The translations under genes and the position numbers were made by a program. Shown piece after piece: positions 8,958 to 16,273 of a stretch of 32,000 bases of DNA. Positions within the stretch are counted from its first letter, which is position 1, and every line of letters begins with the position of its first letter. This stretch comes from Candidatus Electrothrix yaqonensis (GTDB lineage Bacteria; Desulfobacterota; Desulfobulbia; Desulfobulbales; Desulfobulbaceae). The stretch is from positions 1,470,001 through 1,502,000 of the forward strand of contig CP178758.1 of NCBI GenBank assembly GCA_047651235.1. The letters are read 5' to 3'. Under the pieces are notes generated by a model. It saw nothing but the letters and a program-made list of their open reading frames with translations, made no database searches and was not told the DNA's origin.

Positions 8958-10664
8958 ATGATCAGAGTACTGCGAAGAAATAACGAAACCCTCCAGATAG
9001 GCACGTTACAGGACAGGCCCTCTATGAAGTCGGCAGCCCCTTTTGCAGGTTACGAAGCTACAGTTGTTTGTCTTCGTCGCTTTATGCATGATGCCTATAA
9101 TATGACGGTGCTGCGGAAAGTACTGTATGAGGATTCATATCAGTTCGGTATTCATTCACTGAGTGATCAGGAGGTTATTTCTCAAGTCGCCAGGAAGGCT
9201 GTCCGGGGTCAGATATTTATTGCACGGGGAAAAGCGGCTCAATATGGTGGCGGTTCTTCATCTCCTTCGGTGAAAGAGGTTGTACCGGTTGAAGGGAAGA
9301 AGTGGAGCAAGAAAGAGTATGTCAAGTCATTCGTAAAGGAGCATGAGGTTGAGCATTCTGTGCCGCCGGAAGAAAACTGGGTGGAACTCGAACATTGTGT
9401 TGAATATCCGGAAGACTGGAGCGATATAGAACCAGCGTGTGATGTACCTTACACGATTACCTTTGGCGATGGCAGTGTAGATAAAGGTTATCTTGACGAG
9501 AATGGATACGCACGGCATGACGGAATACCACCAGGGCAAGTCACCGTAGAGTACGAAAAGGATGTTGACAAGGAAATAGCGGAACTACACGCACAGTTGA
9601 AAGCCGAGCTCAATAAAATTCTGGAGATAGAAAGAGAAGAGGCTCGGAATTTAGAACAATCTTTGCAGGAAAAAGGCTCCTTCGGCAAGGCGTGGGAGTA
9701 TACAAAGAGCTTTGGTGGAGGAGCCTGGAAGGCTACAAAGGACCTTGCCGAGTTTGCCTATGAAGGATATAAACGCAACCCTATTGTTAACCCAATAGGT
9801 GCGCCATTACTGTGGATCGAGGACTTGAAGAATGGAAAAAAGGTTTACGATCAGCTCGCAGCGATTCCAGATGAGGATATAGAAGCTATTGTAATCTTAC
9901 TTCAGGATGCAGCTACTTACGATATACTTTATGATTTTGCGAAAGATTACATTGCTGCGCAGCACAGCCTCGAATGGAGTGAGACTGCGGGAACCGCAAT
10001 ACCGGAAATAATTATTGCTGTACTTACAGCGGGCATCGGAACTGCTGTAAGCGGCGCATCAAAAGCACGGCATGTCAGCAAACTTCGAAAACTTAAAGGA
10101 TTGTGGCAGAGGCTTGTCAAAGCGCTTAAGCGACGAAGATTTCGTCACAAAAAATCAGGCCCTCATAAAACACGCATTAAGTCAAAGAGTACCCCAACTT
10201 CCGGGGAGAGCCCAAGACGCAAACTGCACACGTCGCCAAAGGGGCCGAGCAGGACGACGCCGAGCAAGGCAAAGGGAGGGAAGCCGCGCGGCGATCGGAC
10301 ACCTGAGACCGGCTCACAGAAACGAAAACACAAGCGCGAGAACGAATCGGCCAACACGCTTGCTGACGCCGGTTATGATATCGACCAAGGACCTCACAAG
10401 AAACCCAACGGCAAGAAGCCGGACTACAAGATCGAAGACGAGTATTTCGACTGCTTGGCACCGGATACGGACAACGTCGATCAAGTACGAAAAGGCATCT
10501 CAAGAAAAGTAAACTCGGAACAGGCGGACCGTATCGTGCTGAACTTGGATGACACGAGCTTGGAACCGAGCGACATCAGCGAGATGCTGCGGCGAAAGCC
10601 AAAAAATGGTCTTAAGGAAGTGATCGGCGTCAAGAACGGAAAGATCACGCAGATATTTCCATAA
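8958..10664 (+). CDS. Polymorphic-toxin-like protein with a C-terminal CdiA-CT (tRNase-type)-like domain
   Basis: The last 108 aa (10338-10661) fit the pattern I recall for CdiA C-terminal tRNase-type toxin domains: ENESANTLADAGYDIDQGP..KKPDYKIEDEYFDCLAPDTDNV...QADRIVLNLDD...GLKEVIGVKNGKITQI. A hydrophobic TAGIGTAVSGA segment and a ~75-aa Lys/Arg/Pro/Ser-rich linker precede it. The start is uncertain: 8958 or 9024, and 8829 lies inside the repeat. Confidence 0.6.
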   Translation: MIRVLRRNNETLQIGTLQDRPSMKSAAPFAGYEATVVCLRRFMHDAYNMTVLRKVLYEDSYQFGIHSLSDQEVISQVARKAVRGQIFIARGKAAQYGGGSSSPSVKEVVPVEGKKWSKKEYVKSFVKEHEVEHSVPPEENWVELEHCVEYPEDWSDIEPACDVPYTITFGDGSVDKGYLDENGYARHDGIPPGQVTVEYEKDVDKEIAELHAQLKAELNKILEIEREEARNLEQSLQEKGSFGKAWEYTKSFGGGAWKATKDLAEFAYEGYKRNPIVNPIGAPLLWIEDLKNGKKVYDQLAAIPDEDIEAIVILLQDAATYDILYDFAKDYIAAQHSLEWSETAGTAIPEIIIAVLTAGIGTAVSGASKARHVSKLRKLKGLWQRLVKALKRRRFRHKKSGPHKTRIKSKSTPTSGESPRRKLHTSPKGPSRTTPSKAKGGKPRGDRTPETGSQKRKHKRENESANTLADAGYDIDQGPHKKPNGKKPDYKIEDEYFDCLAPDTDNVDQVRKGISRKVNSEQADRIVLNLDDTSLEPSDISEMLRRKPKNGLKEVIGVKNGKITQIFP

Positions 10665-10752
10665 GCCCTTGCGATACCTTTGACGCAGCTCGATCTCATT
10701 TATGACGAGTGAAGGATCCGGCAAACCTTTTTTGCAAACGGGAGCAGACACA

Positions 10753-11166
10753 ATGGCAATTGATTATTTTCTTACGCTTCACCGGTTCGGCTCGGACGCC
10801 AACGAGGTGCGGGTTCGGGAGTTCCTGCTGCACGAATTCCCGCTTACCGATCATGTGGATACCGGGATGCTGACCGGACCCGGCCTGAGCGTGAACGTGT
10901 TTATCGATGACGACAACGTTGACGGTACGACCGAGGGACCGAAGCACCCAGATCTGGTAATCAGCTTTCGCATTTCGAAGCATGAACTAGATACCCACCT
11001 TGGGTACCAAGGCATGCGGCGTATCGTAGATCGGGTAGTACGCTCGTTCGATGTGGAACTGCGTGTTGGTGATGAATTTGATCAGTATTTCTACTTGACG
11101 AAGACGGTCGGAAAAGTGGTAACCGAGCACCGGGACCATGACTTTTGGACGGTGGGCACCGATTAG
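10753..11166 (+). CDS. Putative cognate immunity protein
   Basis: 137-aa ORF starting 89 nt after the toxin stop, with a GGGAG box 8 nt upstream of the ATG at 10753. The call is positional only, and I recognise no family. Confidence 0.45.
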   Translation: MAIDYFLTLHRFGSDANEVRVREFLLHEFPLTDHVDTGMLTGPGLSVNVFIDDDNVDGTTEGPKHPDLVISFRISKHELDTHLGYQGMRRIVDRVVRSFDVELRVGDEFDQYFYLTKTVGKVVTEHRDHDFWTVGTD

Positions 11167-11209
11167 GGAATAAATAGGGGACATTTATGCATCATATTCC
11201 GGCAAGATC

Positions 11210-11238
11210 AAATCAAAAGGGTCAGACTCTATTGATTT
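11210..11238. repeat. Island palindrome copy A (aaatcaaaagggtcagactctattgattt)
   Basis: The outer arms AAATCAA/TTGATTT are reverse complements. The copy sits between the immunity gene stop (11166) and the stop of the convergent vapC fragment (11241). Confidence 0.85.
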
Positions 11239-11240
11239 TC

Positions 11241-11501
11241 TTACGGCCCGAAAGGATCGATTAACTCAATCCCACAACTCTCAAAGTCACGTATGTTGCG
11301 GGTCGCCAAACTCAGATGGCCAGCTTGAGCAACAGCGGCGATTTGACCGTCAGGAAGACTCATGGGACGGCCCTTCTCTTTGCACCGGCCCATAATTTTG
11401 GCATAAACACGAGCTGCGGACTTATCAAACACAATGATACGCCCTGCAAAGCCTTGGGCGATAAATTACTCAAAGCGTGTCTCAAGTATATCTTTTTCCA
11501 T
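11241..11501 (-). pseudogene. 5'-truncated VapC/FitB-like PIN toxin fragment with an in-frame stop
   Basis: The translation is MEKDILETRFE*FIAQGFAGRIIVFDKSAARVYAKIMG...DGQIAAVAQAGHLSLATRNIRDFESCGIELIDPF. This matches only the C-terminal half of FitB/VapC proteins. The N-terminal PIN residues are absent and a TAA stop occurs at codon 12. Confidence 0.6.
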
Positions 11502-11720
11502 AATAGTATCCTACAGGAATGAGAAGTACTGTCAATACTTCTCCCTCTGTGTTCTGCCATTCTCCTTCTCTCCCGCCGCTAGTTCGGTCGATGGAAAAAT
11601 CAATAGGGTCATCTAAGTAAACAGGAAAAGCACGGTTGCTTGCATAATGATGAAAAATGCATTACTCTCAAGAGAGGCGTTAAATAACAGGTTGAAAATA
11701 CGTTTTTAGGGAGAAATGCC

Positions 11721-11972
11721 ATGCCATCTTTACAAGTGAGAGAGTTGCCGGTAAATATTTATCACCGTTTGCAAAAAAGGGCGAAAGCGGAACATCGCAG
11801 TCTTGCTCAGGAGGCTATCGTTACCCTGGCAAGAGGCATGGAGACCGCTGTTTCCCATAAAAATCGCAGGAGAAAATTGCTTCGGACTATTGCTGAACAA
11901 ACATGCTTTGTAGGCGAAAAAATGGCATCTGTGGATCCTGTTCAACTTGTCAGGGAGGATCGTGAGCGATGA
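11721..11972 (+). CDS. FitA/Arc-type ribbon-helix-helix antitoxin (VapB-like)
   Basis: 83-aa ORF with the N-terminus MPSLQVRELPVNIYHRLQKRAKAEHRSLAQEA, typical of FitA-like antitoxins. Its stop overlaps the downstream PIN gene start (ATGA). Confidence 0.8.
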   Translation: MPSLQVRELPVNIYHRLQKRAKAEHRSLAQEAIVTLARGMETAVSHKNRRRKLLRTIAEQTCFVGEKMASVDPVQLVREDRER

Positions 11973-12370
11973 TCGCTGTCCTTGATGTAAGTGCGGCAGT
12001 GGAAGTTGTTCTGCAACGCCCTATAGCAGGGCAGTTGAATAGGTATCTCAGTGAGGCGGACTGGGTGATCGCACCGACTCTGTTTATTTCGGAAGTCACG
12101 AATGTTTTTTGGAAATATCAGCGGTTGACAGACCTTTCTTTGCAGGACTGTGAGCGAGGCCTTGAACAAGCTATTGCTCTGCCTGATGATTTTATTGATG
12201 AACATGATTTCTTTCGAGAGGCTTTCAAGCTATCATCTACCTTGGGTCACAGTGTTTATGATATTATGTATTTGATCGCGGCTCGAAGAAATAATGCTGT
12301 CCTTTTAACCTTAGATAAAAAATTAAGCAGAACTGCCAAGGAATGCTCCATTGAGGTAGCTGAATTGTAG
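11969..12370 (+). CDS. vapC: PIN-domain toxin VapC
   Basis: 133-aa ORF with IAVLDVSAAVE near the N-terminus and YDIMYLIAA...LLTLDKKL at the C-terminus. It is translationally coupled to the upstream antitoxin. Confidence 0.8.
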   Translation: MIAVLDVSAAVEVVLQRPIAGQLNRYLSEADWVIAPTLFISEVTNVFWKYQRLTDLSLQDCERGLEQAIALPDDFIDEHDFFREAFKLSSTLGHSVYDIMYLIAARRNNAVLLTLDKKLSRTAKECSIEVAEL

Positions 12371-12374
12371 AACG

Positions 12375-12403
12375 AAATCAAAAGAGTTAGACTCGATTGA
12401 TTT
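12375..12403. repeat. Island palindrome copy B (aaatcaaaagagttagactcgattgattt)
   Basis: It starts 4 nt after the vapC stop. A second ttgattt follows at 12411-12417. Confidence 0.85.
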
Positions 12404-12454
12404 AAAAATATTGATTTCTCTCCCCCTTGGATGCCGTACCTGCGGTGGCGCTCC

Positions 12455-12483
12455 TTGACAAACCCAACGACCAAGCATATGCT
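12455..12483 (+). promoter_or_regulatory. Putative promoter/operator of the second vapBC operon
   Basis: TTGACA (12455-12460), a 17-nt spacer, then TATGCT (12478-12483). A perfect 10-bp palindrome AGCATATGCT (12475-12484) overlaps the -10 box, as expected for an autoregulated TA operator. Confidence 0.5.
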
Positions 12484-12533
12484 TGAGTATATGCAGGCAA
12501 CTCCGATTCCGCTTAAAACAAAGGGAGGCTCAT

Positions 12534-12770
12534 ATGCAGACAGAACGACACGTCCGCCTGTTCCGTAACGGAAGCAATCAGGCAATTCGTATTCCGCGTG
12601 AATTCGAGTTGGAAGGAAATGAAGCCGTCATCCGCAAAGAAGGTAACAGGTTAATCATAGAACCGGTGATAAAAACCGGCTTGGCCGCCCTGCTGGCCTC
12701 CTGGAAGCCCCTTGATGAGGATTTCCCGGAAATAGACGATACTCCTGTCACACCGGAAGATATCTTTTGA
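12534..12770 (+). CDS. vapB: AbrB/SpoVT-type antitoxin VapB
   Basis: The ATG at 12534 is preceded by AAGGGAGG. The sequence MQTERHVRLFRNGSNQAIRIPREFEL is typical of VagC/VapB antitoxins. The track start at 12483 (TTG) is probably too far upstream. Confidence 0.8.
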   Translation: MQTERHVRLFRNGSNQAIRIPREFELEGNEAVIRKEGNRLIIEPVIKTGLAALLASWKPLDEDFPEIDDTPVTPEDIF

Positions 12771-12771
12771 A

Positions 12772-13182
12772 ATGAACGAATACAGATACCTGCTGGATAC
12801 CAATATCCTTTCAGACATCATAAAAAATCCCGCCGGATCTGTCGCACAAAAGGTGACCCGTCCTCATATTGAACCGGCCTGCTGCACCAACCTGATCGTG
12901 GCCTGTGAGCTGCGCTACGGAGCCTGTAAAAAAGGGTCTCCCCGACTCACGGCAAGAATCGAACAGCTCCTGAACACCCTGCCAGTACTTCCTCTGGAAG
13001 AAAATGTCGCCCATCAATACGGGGAAATCAGGACTACCTTGGAGCGTGTCGGTCAGCCCATCGGGGGCAACGACCTGTTGATCGCCGCTCATGCCCTTAC
13101 CCTGCAGCTGACCGTTGTTACCGCAAACCTGCGAGAATTTACTCGGGTTCCGGGTCTGGCGGTGGAGAATTGGCTGGATTGA
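12772..13182 (+). CDS. vapC: PIN-domain toxin VapC
   Basis: 136-aa ORF starting 1 nt after the antitoxin stop. It has YLLDTNILSD, GGNDLLIAAHAL and VVTANLREF motifs. Confidence 0.85.
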   Translation: MNEYRYLLDTNILSDIIKNPAGSVAQKVTRPHIEPACCTNLIVACELRYGACKKGSPRLTARIEQLLNTLPVLPLEENVAHQYGEIRTTLERVGQPIGGNDLLIAAHALTLQLTVVTANLREFTRVPGLAVENWLD

Positions 13183-13211
13183 GAGGCACCGGAAACCGAC
13201 AGGGCCGAGGA

Positions 13212-13345
13212 ATGACCATGCACAGAATAATCCATGACAATCTGGATAAAATTACAGCATTGTGTAAACAGCATAATGTCAGGTCGTTGTTTGCATTCGG
13301 CTCGAAAATCAAAGGCTCAGACTCGATTGATTTCAACACAATAAT
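13212..13345 (+). pseudogene. N-terminal fragment of a MNT-type nucleotidyltransferase (type VII TA antitoxin family)
   Basis: The translation (MT)MHRIIHDNLDKITALCKQHNVRSLFAFGS matches the N-terminus of minimal nucleotidyltransferases up to the catalytic GS motif. Similarity then ends inside palindrome copy C, and no HEPN partner is present. Confidence 0.5.
13316..13343. repeat. Island palindrome copy C (aaatcaaaggctcagactcgattgattt)
   Basis: It has a 1-nt deletion relative to copies A, B and D. Similarity to copy A extends ~12 nt to the left (attcggc vs attccggc). Similarity to copy D extends ~12 nt to the right (gatttSaacacRa). Confidence 0.85.
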
Positions 13346-13549
13346 AGATCGAAATGGGAGCCGTACGTTTTTTGTGACCACTCCATCCGCCTGCGCAATG
13401 ACGATTATTCACAGGCCGGGGCCTGTTTCGTTACCATCAGCACCCAACACCAGGAGTACCTACTCACTGAGATCTCTTGACGCTGTGAATGAAATTGAAT
13501 ATTATATATTCATAGTTCTTCCCCGCCTCAAAAAAACAGGAGGACGAAA

Positions 13550-13786
13550 ATGAAAACAGTGACTATGCGGGTTGATGATGCGGTCTACCGGATGATAAAA
13601 ACAGCAGCGGATGGGCAGAAGAGGAACCTTTCCAATTTCATAGAATTTGCCGTGATGCAGTATCTTTCCTCTGTACAGTATGTCGATAATGATGAAATGG
13701 ATGAAATACTCCGGGATACCGAGCTGGTACAGAGTTTAAAGGACGGCATCAAAGAGCTTGAACGAGGAGAGTACACTCTTGTTTGA
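13550..13786 (+). CDS. Ribbon-helix-helix (CopG-like) antitoxin
   Basis: 78-aa ORF preceded by an aggagg box. The sequence TMRVDDAVYRMIKTAADGQKRNLSNFIEFAV is typical of RHH antitoxins. It overlaps the downstream RelE/ParE gene. Confidence 0.75.
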   Translation: MKTVTMRVDDAVYRMIKTAADGQKRNLSNFIEFAVMQYLSSVQYVDNDEMDEILRDTELVQSLKDGIKELERGEYTLV

Positions 13787-14048
13787 GTTCAGGATTGCGG
13801 AGTCCAAAAAATTTGAGAAACGCAAAAAGAAGATTGATCTGTCTCTGTATGCGAAGATAAAGAATATTGTGTATCCTCAGCTTCGAAAAAATCCCTACTT
13901 CGGAGCGAATATCAAAAAACTGAAAGGAGACCTCTCAGGATACTATCGCTTCAGGATTGGGAATTACCGCCTTTTTTATCTTATTGAGGAGGAAAAAGTG
14001 ATTGTTCTTGTCGTGGATATTCAACATCGGCAGAATGCCTATAAATAA
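13779..14048 (+). CDS. RelE/ParE-family toxin
   Basis: It carries the YYRFRIGNYRLFYLIEEEKVIVLVVDIQHRQNAY signature. I prefer the TTG start at 13779, 9 nt after GAGGAG, over the track start at 13758. Either start overlaps the antitoxin 3' end. Confidence 0.75.
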   Translation: MFEFRIAESKKFEKRKKKIDLSLYAKIKNIVYPQLRKNPYFGANIKKLKGDLSGYYRFRIGNYRLFYLIEEEKVIVLVVDIQHRQNAYK

Positions 14049-14079
14049 TAAGTTTCCCTATTTATCCAGTCCGATTTTA

Positions 14080-14108
14080 TGATCAAAAGGGTCAGACTTG
14101 ATTGATTT
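14080..14108. repeat. Island palindrome copy D (tgatcaaaagggtcagacttgattgattt)
   Basis: It lies 32 nt after the RelE/ParE stop. The left arm is slightly degenerate (gatcaa instead of aatcaa). About 200 nt of non-coding DNA follows before the convergent transporter gene. Confidence 0.8.
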
Positions 14109-14314
14109 GAACACGACAACAAACAATATAGACCCCATCGTTGATATTGATGACGCTGGCCCTTTGCCCTGCGCAAATAAGCCTTCCATCGGGCGAAATC
14201 TGACCGACCGAATCTCAACCTGTTTACGGACTTCGGCTTCAAAAAACTCTTCAACACCCAAAACCCGCAGCCCTAAAAGTTACTTTTCCACGCCCTTAAT
14301 ATCAATACGGTTTC

Positions 14315-15481
14315 CTATTCTCCCTCCGCCTCCTGTTCAACCTGTTGCTCAGCAGATACATCTTCCTCTATAACCTCTTCCGGGGCACTGTCTTCCATGC
14401 CTTGAGACAGGCGGGCCAGTGAACCCACTTCCGGCAGGTACTCCTGAAAGGTATCACCGTAAATCTCCCAGATGGTGATAAAGAGCGCCGCGATGATCGG
14501 CCCGATGATAATGCCGAGCACGCCGAACAGGGTGATGCCGCCAAGGGTACCGAACAGGACAAACAGATCATGCATTTCCGTATCCTGGCCCACAAGCCTG
14601 GGCCGGAGCAGATTGTCCAGATTCCCGGCCACGGCGCCGCAGAGCACACCAAGGATAACCGCCCCGGACACATCACCGCCGACTGCAAGGATAATCAGGG
14701 CAGGCACCCAGACGATAGGTGTTCCCACAGCCGGAATAGTCGAGAGCACCGCCATGATGGTTCCCCAGAAGGCTGCTCCCGGTATTTCAGCCAGAAAAAA
14801 CGCAAACCCGCATATTCCGCCCTGCAGCATACCAATAATCAGGGTGCTTTTCAGCGTCGCCCTGGTCACCGAGGTGAAACGAAGCAACAGACGTTCCTCA
14901 TCTTCATGCGTCATCGGCAGATAATACAAGATTTTTTTCAGCAGCACATCGCCCATTGTCATGAAATAGAACATTACATAGAGCATGATCACTATGTTGA
15001 ACAGGGCGTTGAGCGTGACTTTGGTCAGCGAGGACAAAGAGTTGATCAGTAGGTTAGAGACAAGTCCGACAACCTGTCCTGCTTTTTCCAGGATCGTATC
15101 ACGGTAGGGCAGCACCTCCTTATAATACGGCATTTTGGCTATATATTCCGAAAGAACACCGGGTTCTTTAATAAAAGATTCAATCCAGGGGGTGACAGAC
15201 TGCGCCACATGCACGGCCTGATTGATCACCACGCCGATGAGAAATCCCAAGGGAACAAGAATCAGGCAGACAATCGCGATAATAATCAGGATGGAGGCAA
15301 GGTTCTCCCGGTCATGAAGGCGTCGGGTCAGCCGGTTGTGGATGGGTGCGGTCATGGCGGAAAATAGCCCGGCCATAAAAATCGCCATCAGGAACTGCCG
15401 GATCATGGTCAGGAACAGGGCTGAAATCGCCGTGACCATGAGCAGGAGGACTATCGTGTTGACCTGCTGGTGCTTCACCAT
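14315..15481 (-). CDS. AI-2E family transporter (PerM/UPF0118-like permease)
   Basis: 388-aa polytopic membrane ORF with a family-typical layout (…LKSTLIIGMLQG…, GTPIVWVPA, LLRPRLVG) and an acidic C-terminal tail. Confidence 0.8.
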   Translation of the reverse strand: MVKHQQVNTIVLLLMVTAISALFLTMIRQFLMAIFMAGLFSAMTAPIHNRLTRRLHDRENLASILIIIAIVCLILVPLGFLIGVVINQAVHVAQSVTPWIESFIKEPGVLSEYIAKMPYYKEVLPYRDTILEKAGQVVGLVSNLLINSLSSLTKVTLNALFNIVIMLYVMFYFMTMGDVLLKKILYYLPMTHEDEERLLLRFTSVTRATLKSTLIIGMLQGGICGFAFFLAEIPGAAFWGTIMAVLSTIPAVGTPIVWVPALIILAVGGDVSGAVILGVLCGAVAGNLDNLLRPRLVGQDTEMHDLFVLFGTLGGITLFGVLGIIIGPIIAALFITIWEIYGDTFQEYLPEVGSLARLSQGMEDSAPEEVIEEDVSAEQQVEQEAEGE

Positions 15482-15559
15482 ATTCTGTTCCTCTGTTGCC
15501 GGATTCCGGAGAGACGGCGAGGTATTGCAGCATCGGTCCGGCCGCTGTCCGGTCCGCTT

Positions 15560-15645
15560 CTGTTTTATTCAGAAGTATGGTGAAATTCCGGCAAAGTGTC
15601 AACCTGTTTCTTTGACTCCTCATTTTGTATTGACACAAGGCAGGC
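15560..15645. repeat. 86-bp direct repeat, copy 2 (partner at 8793-8878)
   Basis: 82/86 identical to copy 1. It lies 78 nt upstream of the transporter start codon on the minus strand. Confidence 0.9.
15574..15602 (-). promoter_or_regulatory. Putative sigma70-like promoter inside repeat copy 2, reading toward the AI-2E transporter
   Basis: It has the same TTGACA-17-CATACT arrangement as copy 1 (15602-15597 and 15579-15574). A GG-N10-GC (caGGttgacactTTGCc) sigma54-like alternative overlaps it. GTGTCAA-N27-TTGACAC sits at 15596-15636. Confidence 0.4.
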
Positions 15646-15649
15646 TTGA

Positions 15650-15889
15650 CGCTCCCTGCCTGTACACCCTGTACAGAATGAGAAAGTCCGGGCCAATGCC
15701 TCCATTGACTGAACCGTCAAGGAGAATGTCCGGGCAAAGCTGAAGGTGATGGTCAAGCGCACTCTGCGGAAATACCGTTATCCGCCGGACATGCAGAAGC
15801 TGGCCACCGAGACTGTGCTGAAACAGGCGGGGAAGATTGCCGAAAAACTGGCCGCAAACCCCGTACTGAAGCCGACCTTGGCAGGATGA
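15650..15889 (+). pseudogene. hsdR: C-terminal stub of a type I restriction enzyme R subunit (HsdR)
   Basis: The translation is ...[59 protein letters not shown]. This matches the conserved HsdR C-terminus (..DW..E.VRAKL...VKR.LRKYGYPPD). TGA occupies the conserved Trp position. The frame opens only 5 nt after the 86-bp repeat, and no upstream hsdR sequence is present. Confidence 0.65.
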
Positions 15890-16101
15890 GCAAGGTTAGC
15901 GGGGGGAGCGGGATAAAATGGGTTTCAGATGATCAGAGCGGAATGCTGTTGTCGGTTTGTCGGTATTGTTCGAAAATATGAGTAATTGAAAGTAAATATA
16001 TTTTACGGTTAATTTCAACTGGCTGTTTTTGCGTTGGCGGATCTTAAAACACCTAATGGTTTGATAATAATTCTAATAAAATATTAAAAATCAAGATTCA
16101 T

Positions 16102-16140
16102 GTGCGGAATGTCGGGATAAGACCGCACTTTTACTTTTGA
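16102..16140 (+). terminator. Hairpin plus T-run (possible orphan terminator)
   Basis: The stem is gtgcgg (16102-16107) paired with ccgcac (16123-16128), followed by ttttactttt. It lies in an AT-rich non-coding stretch downstream of the hsdR stub. Confidence 0.3.
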
Positions 16141-16273
16141 TCGTACCCTTCCGGGGGTGTGATTAAAAATGCGGTTTGCTCGATTATCCGGTGTATGATT
16201 GTCCATATTTCTGTTACAGTGATTTCTTTGCGAGAAACAGTAACACTTTACTTTACTTACTTTGTCAGCCTTT

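Noticed and set aside
11210-14108. The four palindromes as canonical integron attC sites
   Set aside because: Only copy B contains a GTTRRRY core (GTTAGAC), while the others read GTCAGAC or CTCAGAC. The conserved unit (~29-45 nt) is shorter than known attC sites. I could not find R''/L'' partner boxes or an intI gene. I keep it only as an attC-like analogy in the findings.
11210-14108. The palindromes as Xer/dif-like (11-6-11) sites, as in pdif modules
   Set aside because: The length fits 28 nt, but the complementary bases are at the outer ends of the arms. In dif-type sites they lie next to the central spacer.
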